NCBI GenBank assembly: GCA_031406795.1
Contig: JANOHV010000023.1
Span: 1 to 53,612 of the forward strand
Source of the DNA: Candidatus Rokuibacteriota bacterium
GTDB lineage: Bacteria > JAUVQV01 > DATDCY01
DNA: 53,612 nt
Direction: 5' to 3'
Part shown: positions 18,560-26,355 of the stretch, one piece after another
Position numbering within the stretch: position 1 is the stretch's first letter
Layout: every line of letters begins with the position of its first letter
Notes under the pieces: model-generated
Database searches by the model: none
Told to the model about the DNA's origin: nothing
The model's input: only the letters and a program-made list of their open reading frames with translations
Translations under genes and position numbers: made by a program

Positions 18560-19390
18560 GTGCGCATCCGACTGCTGAACCTGTTGCTCCTGGTGGCGCT
18601 CGGGCTCGCGCTGTCCCGTCTCTGGGTCTTCCTGGGTCAACCTCCCGCCGCGCTGCCGGCGGTCAAGGCCGAGGCGCCTCCGTCGGCCGCGACCGGCCGC
18701 CCCGAGCAACCGGCGGAAATCGCGGCGTCCGGACCGGAGGCGTACGACGTGATCGCGGCGCGCGACCTGTTTTCGCCGACCCGCGGGGTCGTGCCCCCGG
18801 CCCCCGCGGTCGCGACGCAGCCCGCCGCCAGGCCGCAGCCGGCTCCCAAGTTGACGCTGTACGGGGTGGTCATCCTCGACGGGGAGCGGACCGCCTATTT
18901 GCAGGAGGGAACCCAGGAGGGGCGTCCCCGAAAGGTCCGCGAGAACGAAATGTTTTCCGGATTCCTCCTCAAGGCCATCCGGCCGGACGGAGTGACGGTC
19001 GTCTTCGCCGGCAACGAGATCATCGTGCCGTTGCGAACGCCGAAGGAAGGCGGGGAGGGACCGGCCGCCCGCACCCAGGAGGGCGCCGGGGCCGCCCCGC
19101 GGCCGGAGGCGCCGGCCGCCTTTCCGCGTCGTCAGATCCCGGCCAGCGCTCAACAGCAGCGGATCCCCGCCGGGCTGCAGCAGGGGCAGATGCCGAGCGG
19201 CATCCAGCAGGGGCAGATTCCGGCGGCGGGCCGTCAGGTGCTCTCGCCACCACGGATCGGCCCCGGAATGCCGTCGGTCGCACCTCCGATCGAGCCGGGG
19301 GTTGAAATGTTCGGGGATGAGGAATTTCCGGAGGGGTCCCTGCCCGGCGGGGAGATTCCGGGAATTCCGGAAGATCAGGTTGGGGAATGA
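18560..19390 (+). CDS. GspC-like protein (TM + HR domain + Pro/Gln-rich tail)
   Basis: N-terminal TM, I.ARDLFSP.R, L.LYGVVI..G.R.AYL, L..I..D.V; immediately upstream of secretin. Confidence 0.6.
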   Translation: MRIRLLNLLLLVALGLALSRLWVFLGQPPAALPAVKAEAPPSAATGRPEQPAEIAASGPEAYDVIAARDLFSPTRGVVPPAPAVATQPAARPQPAPKLTLYGVVILDGERTAYLQEGTQEGRPRKVRENEMFSGFLLKAIRPDGVTVVFAGNEIIVPLRTPKEGGEGPAARTQEGAGAAPRPEAPAAFPRRQIPASAQQQRIPAGLQQGQMPSGIQQGQIPAAGRQVLSPPRIGPGMPSVAPPIEPGVEMFGDEEFPEGSLPGGEIPGIPEDQVGE

Positions 19391-19420
19391 TAACCCCTTG
19401 TCCTGCAAGAATTCGCGGGT

Positions 19421-19450
19421 TTGACAAGCCCGACGCAATGCGGATAAAAT
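19421..19450 (+). promoter_or_regulatory. Putative sigma70 promoter for gspD
   Basis: TTGACA-18 nt-TAAAAT. Confidence 0.6.
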
Positions 19451-19463
19451 CCAAAGCCAAGCC

Positions 19464-21698
19464 ATGAGACAGCGTCTACTCACCCTGGTGTTTGCTCTGG
19501 CGACCGCGCTGCCGGGATGTGCCGTTTTCGGAACTTCCCCCCCCTCGGCGACCCGAGGCAACGCTGCGCCGGTCGTCAAGGCACCGGCGACGGTTGCGGC
19601 GGTCGTCGCCCCCGCACCCGATTCGCCGCCGCCACTCACCGCCGACGCGCCGGTCCCCGCGGCTTCAGCGTCGCAGCTCGCGCCGGCAGCGGCAGCGGCT
19701 CCGGCAGTGCTTCCGGCGACGCCAACGCCGCCGGTCATGGCCATGACCTTGACGCCGACGAAGCCGGCGGCCGGGGGGCCCGAGCGCTACATCAGTCTCA
19801 ATTTCGACAACGCGGACATTTCGGTTGTCATCCAGACGATCGCCGAATTGCTGCACCTGAACTATATTGTCGCGCCGTCGGTGCGGGGCCGCATCTCCAT
19901 TCAAACCAGCGAGAAACTCCCGGTGAGCGCGCTGCTGCCGGTGCTCGAGCAGATTCTCGAGGTGAACGGTTTCATGGCGGTGAAGTCCGGCGACTTCTAC
20001 AAGATCGTCCCCGCGGCCCAGGCGAAGCAGGAATCAGTCGAAACCGTGCTGCCGGCGCAGGCGCCATCCGTCACAACCGGGCTGGTCACGAAAATCGTGC
20101 AATTGCGATACATCAGTCCGGGCGAGGTGGTCAAGATCCTCACACCCTTCAAGACGGCCGCCGGGATTTACCAGGCGCACGAGCCGGCGCGGCTGCTGTT
20201 TCTGACCGAGGTCCCGGCGAAGATCGCCGACATGCTCAAGATCGTCGAGGTCCTGGACGTCGACTCCTTCGCCTCGATCCAGGTCGAACTCTATCCCGTG
20301 CGCTACGCCGGCGTCGAGGATCTGGCGCGGGAACTGACCCAGATCGTGACGCAGGTCTTCTCCGCCTCCGGGCGCGGGCGCAGCCTGTTTCGCATCATTC
20401 CGGTACCCATGGTCAATGCGATCATGGTCTTCTCCGGCGAACCCGGCTTGGCGGCGAACATCCGGGAGTGGATCGCCAAACTCGACCAGCCGGCTTCCGA
20501 GGCCAACGAGCGCATCTTCGTCTACCCCCTCTCGCACGCGAACGCCGAAACGCTTGCCGGAGTGCTCGAGAAGGTGTTCAAGCGCGATGCCTCCAAGACT
20601 CAGGTCAAGAGCCCGACGCCAACGCCGACCCCGATGACGCGGCCGACGCAGGTCCCCGGGCAGCCTGCGGCAGCGGCGAACCAGCCTGCGCCCGCTTCAG
20701 GCAGCCCGGCGCAGGCGATCGCGTCCGCGGAAGGTGGAGGCGCGGCGGGCGGGGCCACGGTGACCGTCGTCGCCGACAAGGACACCAATACGCTGATCAT
20801 CCAGACCGCCTCCTGGTTCTACCCCGCGGTCGAGGACATGATCCGCAAACTCGACACGATGCCCAAGCAGGTGCTGATCGAGGTGCTCATCGCCGAGATC
20901 ACCCTGGACGACAGCAATCAATTCGGCATTTCCTGGGCGTTCAAGGGTCAGGGCCCGGTCAATGTCCTGGGCGAGTCGCACAGCTTCGTCAACAGCACCG
21001 TGCAGAACCTCGCCGGTCTGGCGCAGAATCAAAGCGGTCTCTCGATCATGCTGACCGAGGCCAATCGGTTGACCGCCGTGCTCAACGCGAACGCCGAGGC
21101 CAACAAGCTGAACATCCTCTCGGCGCCGCACATCCTGACGACGAACAACAAGGAAGCCAAGATCGACGTCGGCAACGAGGTGCCGATTCTCCGGACCCGG
21201 ACCACGGCCTCCGCCGGCCAGGATCCCAACACGATCACCAACGACATCGAGTACCGTTCCACGGGCGTCATCCTGACCGTGACCCCGCACGTCAACGAGG
21301 GCGGGTTCGTGACCCTCGACGTGCTGCAGGAGGTCAGCGACGCTCAAGACGCGAGTACCGGCGGGATCAACTCTCCCACGATCCGCAAACGCGTGGCGAA
21401 GACGACGATGGTGGTCAAGGACAACCAGACGCTCGTTGTCGGCGGCCTGATCCAGGAGACCCGCACGAATACTCACAGCGGGCTTCCGTGGCTCAGCAGG
21501 ATACCGATCATTGGTTTCCTCTTCGGAAGAACCACGGCAGTGGTGAAGAAGACCGAACTGGTGGTGCTCATCACGCCGCATGTCGTAAACAATGTCGAGG
21601 AGGGCGATCTGTTGACCAGGCAGGTCAGGGATCGGGTTCTGACGCTCAAGCAGGGGATTGACCAGTTCCGCACCCTGGAGGGGAACAAGGCGCCATGA
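19464..21698 (+). CDS. gspD: T2SS secretin GspD with N-terminal lipoprotein signal
   Basis: LNFDNADI N0 domain, N1-N3 repeats, QVLIEVLIAE, GVILTVTPHVN, P.L..IP.IG.LF, TELVVLITPHVV; lipobox LPGC. Confidence 0.93.
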   Translation: MRQRLLTLVFALATALPGCAVFGTSPPSATRGNAAPVVKAPATVAAVVAPAPDSPPPLTADAPVPAASASQLAPAAAAAPAVLPATPTPPVMAMTLTPTKPAAGGPERYISLNFDNADISVVIQTIAELLHLNYIVAPSVRGRISIQTSEKLPVSALLPVLEQILEVNGFMAVKSGDFYKIVPAAQAKQESVETVLPAQAPSVTTGLVTKIVQLRYISPGEVVKILTPFKTAAGIYQAHEPARLLFLTEVPAKIADMLKIVEVLDVDSFASIQVELYPVRYAGVEDLARELTQIVTQVFSASGRGRSLFRIIPVPMVNAIMVFSGEPGLAANIREWIAKLDQPASEANERIFVYPLSHANAETLAGVLEKVFKRDASKTQVKSPTPTPTPMTRPTQVPGQPAAAANQPAPASGSPAQAIASAEGGGAAGGATVTVVADKDTNTLIIQTASWFYPAVEDMIRKLDTMPKQVLIEVLIAEITLDDSNQFGISWAFKGQGPVNVLGESHSFVNSTVQNLAGLAQNQSGLSIMLTEANRLTAVLNANAEANKLNILSAPHILTTNNKEAKIDVGNEVPILRTRTTASAGQDPNTITNDIEYRSTGVILTVTPHVNEGGFVTLDVLQEVSDAQDASTGGINSPTIRKRVAKTTMVVKDNQTLVVGGLIQETRTNTHSGLPWLSRIPIIGFLFGRTTAVVKKTELVVLITPHVVNNVEEGDLLTRQVRDRVLTLKQGIDQFRTLEGNKAP

Positions 21699-22300
21699 CC
21701 GGGCGGGGGAAGGGTTTCCGCGGCGGCCGGCTCCTGTGCGTCGCGCTGCTGGCCGTGTCGGCGCTGACATCCGGGTGCGGCCGTCCCTCCGACGGGACCT
21801 GGCTCCGGTTCCGCGGCTTCAAGCGCGGCGCCACGACGCTGAGCGTCGTCAAGGACATCCTGCGCGGTGAGGCGACCTCCACGGTCGACGTCGAGTTTGA
21901 GAACAGAAGCGTGAACGTCGGCAGTTCGGGCGGGACCGGCATTCTCGTCTATCGCGCCCGCGTTGACTACCGGCTGGCCGGGTTCTCGCCGCCTTCGGCC
22001 GAATATCCGTTGAACCTGTATCTCCCGCCGCCCGCCGGCGCGACCACGGGAGGCACCACGGCAACTACGGGGACGCTGAGCGCGTTCCCGCTGCCTTCGA
22101 CCTCGCTGAAGCTCTGGCTGATCGACACCGGCGCCTTCGAGGACACCGGCAGGAACCCCGTCGTCGAACTCAGCGCGCACGTGACCTTCTTCGGTGAAAC
22201 GGACGATGGCCTCAAACTCGAGACCGAGGGCAGCATCGGGATCGTGCTGACCAATACGGGGAATGAGTTCTTCAGCAATCAGGCCGAAGCCGACCGTTGA
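21695..22300 (+). CDS. Hypothetical lipoprotein
   Basis: Signal peptide ending LTSGC; beta-rich; ATGA-coupled to gspD. Confidence 0.7.
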   Translation: MTGRGKGFRGGRLLCVALLAVSALTSGCGRPSDGTWLRFRGFKRGATTLSVVKDILRGEATSTVDVEFENRSVNVGSSGGTGILVYRARVDYRLAGFSPPSAEYPLNLYLPPPAGATTGGTTATTGTLSAFPLPSTSLKLWLIDTGAFEDTGRNPVVELSAHVTFFGETDDGLKLETEGSIGIVLTNTGNEFFSNQAEADR

Positions 22301-22346
22301 TCGGGCGAGCGGTCGCCTGGTTTACCGGGCGCGGGAGGGAGTCTTG

Positions 22347-24065
22347 ATGGCGACGCAGCGTCTTTCGCGCTGGACCCGGATCTTCGGCCTGACCCTGCTG
22401 GTCCTGGCAGAGGCGGCCTGCGGTCTGGCTCGCAGCATCCCCCCCGAGCCGGCGGCGCCGGGACGGCGCGACGTGAATCACCTCGCCTACTACCACTACC
22501 TGCTGTCGGTGCGCGATCTTCGCGAAGGGCGACTCCCCGAAGCGGAGAAGAACCTGCGCGACGCCCTCGCGAAAGACCAGCGCTCGGCTTTCCTGCACGT
22601 CGAGCTGGCGGCGATCGTGTCCCGGCTCGGCCGCACCGAAGAGGCGTTCCAGCTGGCGCGAAAGGCGGTTCAGTTCGACCCGACGATGATCGAGGCGTAT
22701 CTCTTTCTCGGCGACCTCGCCGCCGCGCTGCGGCAGAAGGACGAGGCGATCGCGGCCTTCCGCAAGGTGATCGAACTCGACCCGGCGCATGAGGAGGCCT
22801 ACCTCCAGCTGGCCAACCTGCTCGCCGATGCGGGCAAGCCCGCCGAGGCCCAGGAGGTGCTCGGCCGGCTCGTCGCCCGCCGCCCGGGGAGCTTTCTCGG
22901 CCTGTACCAGCTGGCGCGTCTGCAGGGAGAGGCCAAGGCCTTCGAAGCGGCGGAAGCCAGCCTGAAGAAGGCGCTCGTGATCAACCCCGATTTCGTCGCC
23001 GCGGTGAAATATCTCGGCATTCTCTACGACCACTGGGGGAAGGCGGCCGAGGCGGAACGCTCCTATCGCGACCTGATCCGTCTCAACCCGCACGACACGG
23101 AGATCCGGCAGCGTCTCGGAGAATTCTCGCTGCAGCGCCGCGACTGGGAGCAGGCGCTCGAACAGTACCGGGCCTTGTTGTCGTTCGAGCCCGCGAACGT
23201 CGCCGTCAAGACCAAGATCGGCATCGTGCAGCTGCAGCAGGGCGCGTACGCCGAGGCGGCGCGGACGCTGACCGAGATCCTCGAGAAGGAACCCGGGAAC
23301 ACCCGGGTGCGCAGCATCCTGGCGCTGGTCTACGAGGAGCAGGGCAATCTCGACGGCGCGATCCAGTCGTTGCGGGCCGTGCTCGACATGGAACCCGACG
23401 CCCGCGAAGACCGGCTCCGGCTGGGCGTGGTCTACCGGAAACTCAAGCGCTTCCCCGAGGCGATCGGGGAGTTCGAGAAGATCGTGGAACTCGCGCCGAA
23501 AGCGCCGGATGCCTACCTGCAGCTGAGCCTGACGCACGAGGAAGCGGGCGACCCCGAGAGCGCCGATCGTGACTTGCGCCGGGGGCTCGAACAGGCGCCC
23601 GGCAGCGGCGACCTGCACTTCCAGCGCGGCGTTCTCTTCGACAAGCGCAAGGAGTCGGAGAAGGCGATCGCCGCATTCCGCGAGGCGATCAAGGTCGACC
23701 CGAAGCACGCCAACGCCTACAACTATCTCGGCTATTCATTCGCCGAACGGGGGACCAACCTCGACGAGGCGATTTCGCTGATTCAGAAAGCGGTCGCGCT
23801 CGAGCCGGACAACGGCTTCTTCGTGGACAGTCTCGGCTGGGCGTTTTTCCAGAAAGGGCTGATTCCCGAGGCGCTCGCTCACCTGGAGCGGGCGGTTTCC
23901 CTCGTGGGCGAAGACCCGGTGATCCTCGAACATCTCGGGGACGTGCGGCTCAAGGCCGGGCAGCCGGAAGCGGCCGTGGAGGTCTGGCGCAAGGCGCTGG
24001 CGATCACGCCCAAGAACGCCGGGCTCGAGAAGAAGATCAACGATGCCCAGCCGCCGACGCCCTAG
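22347..24065 (+). CDS. Tetratricopeptide repeat protein
   Basis: Many TPR repeats; C-terminal NYLGYS.A, DSLGW..F..G, ILEHLGD typical of the TPR gene upstream of lolB-ispE; SD GGGAGG before ATG 22347. Confidence 0.9.
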   Translation: MATQRLSRWTRIFGLTLLVLAEAACGLARSIPPEPAAPGRRDVNHLAYYHYLLSVRDLREGRLPEAEKNLRDALAKDQRSAFLHVELAAIVSRLGRTEEAFQLARKAVQFDPTMIEAYLFLGDLAAALRQKDEAIAAFRKVIELDPAHEEAYLQLANLLADAGKPAEAQEVLGRLVARRPGSFLGLYQLARLQGEAKAFEAAEASLKKALVINPDFVAAVKYLGILYDHWGKAAEAERSYRDLIRLNPHDTEIRQRLGEFSLQRRDWEQALEQYRALLSFEPANVAVKTKIGIVQLQQGAYAEAARTLTEILEKEPGNTRVRSILALVYEEQGNLDGAIQSLRAVLDMEPDAREDRLRLGVVYRKLKRFPEAIGEFEKIVELAPKAPDAYLQLSLTHEEAGDPESADRDLRRGLEQAPGSGDLHFQRGVLFDKRKESEKAIAAFREAIKVDPKHANAYNYLGYSFAERGTNLDEAISLIQKAVALEPDNGFFVDSLGWAFFQKGLIPEALAHLERAVSLVGEDPVILEHLGDVRLKAGQPEAAVEVWRKALAITPKNAGLEKKINDAQPPTP

Positions 24066-24855
24066 CAGCTTTCCCCCGGCTCGAGCGCTCGGGGCGATCG
24101 TGGCCCTCGTCGCGCTCGGGCTGGCTGGTTGTTCGTCGCACCGGCCGGGGTCAGCGGGCCCGGCTCCGACCCCGGGCGAGGTGTATCAGTCGCTTCTCGG
24201 ACACAACCGGGGCCTGACTGCGGTGCGTGCGGCCGCGGAGGCGCGCCTCTCGTACGCGGGCCGGGAAGTATCGCTGCCGGGCGCGCTGCTGCTCGACGGC
24301 TTCGGGGGATTCCGCCTCGACCTGCTCGATCCGCTCGACCGGCCGCTCGCGATGCTGTTCGCCGAAGAGGGGCGGATCGTCAACTACCGGCCCGGCCCGG
24401 CTCTGGCGGCGTCGCTCGGCGTGTTTCCCGACGGTTGCCGCGGGGTCGACCCGGCGGATTGGGTGTCGGCACTGCTGGCCGCCCGCCTTGCCCCGGTCGC
24501 CGGAGAGAGCCTTGCCATTCGCAGGTTCTGGGGAGGCGGGCGCGTTCTTGAAGTTCATCGCGGCGGTCGGGTGCACCAGAGCATCCGCTACGGTAATGAG
24601 GGCGGGCAGTTGCTGCCCCGGCACATTACCTGGTATTGCGACGAGGACGCGGTGCTCCAGTTGCGGGTGCTCGAATGGGTCAAGGGGTCCTCCTGGAGCC
24701 TGCCTTCGCGCTTTGATCTGCAGTTTCCCAAGGCCGGGCTCGCCATCAGGCTGGAACTCAGCGAGATCGAGGGGAACCCACCGCCGACGCCCCAGCCGCT
24801 GCGCCCGCCCCTCGGTTCCGACATCAGGTGGACGAGCTGGAATCTCCCGCAGTGA
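24043..24855 (+). CDS. Lipoprotein, LolB-like/DUF4292-like by position
   Basis: Lipobox LAGC; beta-rich; occupies the lolB position between TPR and ispE. Confidence 0.6.
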   Translation: MPSRRRPSSFPPARALGAIVALVALGLAGCSSHRPGSAGPAPTPGEVYQSLLGHNRGLTAVRAAAEARLSYAGREVSLPGALLLDGFGGFRLDLLDPLDRPLAMLFAEEGRIVNYRPGPALAASLGVFPDGCRGVDPADWVSALLAARLAPVAGESLAIRRFWGGGRVLEVHRGGRVHQSIRYGNEGGQLLPRHITWYCDEDAVLQLRVLEWVKGSSWSLPSRFDLQFPKAGLAIRLELSEIEGNPPPTPQPLRPPLGSDIRWTSWNLPQ

Positions 24856-25805
24856 CCGCGGGAGTCGCATCCGGCGCGGAAGTCCGCATACTCGCGCCGG
24901 CGAAGATCAACCTCGGCCTCGCGGTTCTCGGGCCCCGCGCCGACGGTTACCACGAGTTGCGCACCATCTTCCAGGCCGTCTCGCTGTGCGACCGCATCGC
25001 GCTGCGGCGAGCGCGCGGCGGGGTGCGGCTGAACTGCCCGGCGCTGCACGGACTCGGCGAGAACAACCTTGCCCACCGCGCCGCGCGGCTGTTTCTCGAA
25101 AAAACGGGTCTGCCCGGCGGGGTCAGCATCGATCTGGAGAAACGCATTCCCACGGGGGGCGGGCTCGGCGGGGGCAGCAGCGATGCCGCGGCCGTTCTGC
25201 TCGGATGCTGCCGTCTCTTCGGGATTCGTCCCGATCCGGCGACCCTCCTCGGCTGGGCGGCAGCGCTCGGCTCCGATGTCCCTTTCTTCCTTGAGGGCGG
25301 TTCCGCAATCGGGAGCGGCCGGGGTGAGATTCTCGAGCGTCTGGCGCCCTTTCCCGGCACCGTGGTGGCGCTTCTCCAGCTGGCGGGCCCTGGTTTGTCA
25401 ACGGCCGCCGTCTTCCGGAAACTCCGGGCGCCGGCGCACCGCCCCGCCGTTCATGCCGCGGATCGGACCCGAGGGAGATTGACAGCGGGCACCCGGAAAC
25501 TTACCATCCTCCTCGCGTGTTGGCAGGGGGGAGACCTGCGGCGCCTCGCGAGGCTGCTCTTCAACGATCTCGAGACGCCGGCATTCGCCTTGGCCCCCGA
25601 ACTCGCTGACGTGAAAGAGAGGCTGACCGCCGCCGGGGCGGAAGGGGCGCTCCTGAGCGGCAGCGGGTCGAGCGTCTTCGGGTTGTTCGGCGGCGATCGC
25701 GCAGCCGAACGGGCCCGCGGACGGCTGCGGGGAAGCATCCCGGGGCGGCTCGTCAAGGTGCACTTCCTTCCGGCGCGTCGCCGATGGGGCGTCGTCAAGC
25801 GGTAA
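24852..25805 (+). CDS. ispE: 4-diphosphocytidyl-2-C-methyl-D-erythritol kinase
   Basis: APAKINL.L, R.DGYHEL.T, KRIP.GGGLGGGSSDAA, LGSDVPFF, LSGSGS. Confidence 0.95.
   Translation: MTAGVASGAEVRILAPAKINLGLAVLGPRADGYHELRTIFQAVSLCDRIALRRARGGVRLNCPALHGLGENNLAHRAARLFLEKTGLPGGVSIDLEKRIPTGGGLGGGSSDAAAVLLGCCRLFGIRPDPATLLGWAAALGSDVPFFLEGGSAIGSGRGEILERLAPFPGTVVALLQLAGPGLSTAAVFRKLRAPAHRPAVHAADRTRGRLTAGTRKLTILLACWQGGDLRRLARLLFNDLETPAFALAPELADVKERLTAAGAEGALLSGSGSSVFGLFGGDRAAERARGRLRGSIPGRLVKVHFLPARRRWGVVKR
25479..25507 (+). promoter_or_regulatory. Putative internal sigma70 promoter within ispE (for tRNA-Gln)
   Basis: TTGACA-17 nt-TACCAT. Confidence 0.55.
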
Positions 25806-25859
25806 GACACGGGTCTTTGGATCCCGCATTCGGAGGTTCGAATCCTCCCGCCCCAGCCA
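25785..25859 (+). tRNA. tRNA-Gln (anticodon TTG)
   Basis: Cloverleaf: acceptor TGGGGCG/CGCCCCA, anticodon loop CTTTGGA, T arm GGAGG-TTCGAAT-CCTCC, encoded CCA. Confidence 0.96.
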
Positions 25860-25959
25860 TCGCAGGCATCTGAGCCGATTTACTTCTTGACAGGCGTGTC
25901 CCGAAGTGGTGTTGTGTCTATAGGTTGACGCAAATCCATCGGGAAGGAGGTGAATCTGC

Positions 25960-26187
25960 ATGGAACGCACGGATCTGAAGAATGTTCTGGCTGGTTTCGG
26001 TCTCGCGGCACTTCTCGCGGGCGTCGCAGTGGTCGGGTGCTCGCAGCCGCAGAAGAGCTCGTGAACGGGCAAGAAAACCGGTGCCGGTGGCACTGGAACC
26101 CAGCAGCAGGCCCCAGCCCCCAGTTCCTGAAGCGGAACCAAAGGCGCCGGTGGCGCCGGAGGCTCCTGATCGGGCACCAAGAAGTAA
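25960..26187 (+). CDS. sbtA: SbtA-type (selenobiotic family) RiPP precursor with three selenocysteines: MERTDLKNVLAGFGLAALLAGVAVVGCSQPQKSSUTGKKTGAGGTGTQQQAPAPSSUSGTKGAGGAGGSUSGTKK
   Basis: SD AAGGAGG at 25944-25950, ATG 25960, in-frame TGA at 26062, 26128 and 26167, TAA 26185-26187; leader resembles the SbtA family (DLK..LAG.G.A.L.AG); adjacent to an SbtM-like rSAM gene. Confidence 0.88.
26078..26096 (+). promoter_or_regulatory. SECIS-like hairpin 1
   Basis: CCGGTGCC-GGT-GGCACTGG; loop begins 21 nt after TGA 26062-26064. Confidence 0.75.
26143..26157 (+). promoter_or_regulatory. SECIS-like hairpin 2
   Basis: GGCGCC-GGT-GGCGCC; loop begins 18 nt after TGA 26128-26130. Confidence 0.72.
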
Positions 26188-26206
26188 CCAGTGCGGTCTG
26201 CACTGG
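26188..26206 (+). promoter_or_regulatory. SECIS-like hairpin 3 (in 3' UTR)
   Basis: CCAGTGC-GGTCT-GCACTGG; loop begins 25 nt after TGA 26167-26169; resembles the E. coli fdhF SECIS apex GC-AGGUCU-GC. Confidence 0.78.
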
Positions 26207-26247
26207 AAGATGAGAGAAACCGACCCGGAAGCACGGAATAGCCGGGC

Positions 26248-26311
26248 ACTCCGAACTGGCGGAACCGGGGGCGCGCGAGCGTCCTCGAGGATGTCGGTTC
26301 GGAGTTTTTTT
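26248..26311 (+). terminator. Intrinsic terminator-like long hairpin after sbtA
   Basis: ACTCCGAACTGGC/GTCGGTTCGGAGT outer stem, inner CGGGGGCGC-GCGA-GCGTCCTCG hairpin, followed by a T run. Confidence 0.7.
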
Positions 26312-26317
26312 CTGAAG

Positions 26318-26346
26318 TTGACACCAGAGTCCGTCCGGACTAGGGT
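26318..26346 (+). promoter_or_regulatory. Putative sigma70 promoter for sbtM
   Basis: TTGACA-17 nt-TAGGGT, ending 9 nt before ATG 26356. Confidence 0.5.
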
Positions 26347-26355
26347 TCTCGCGTC

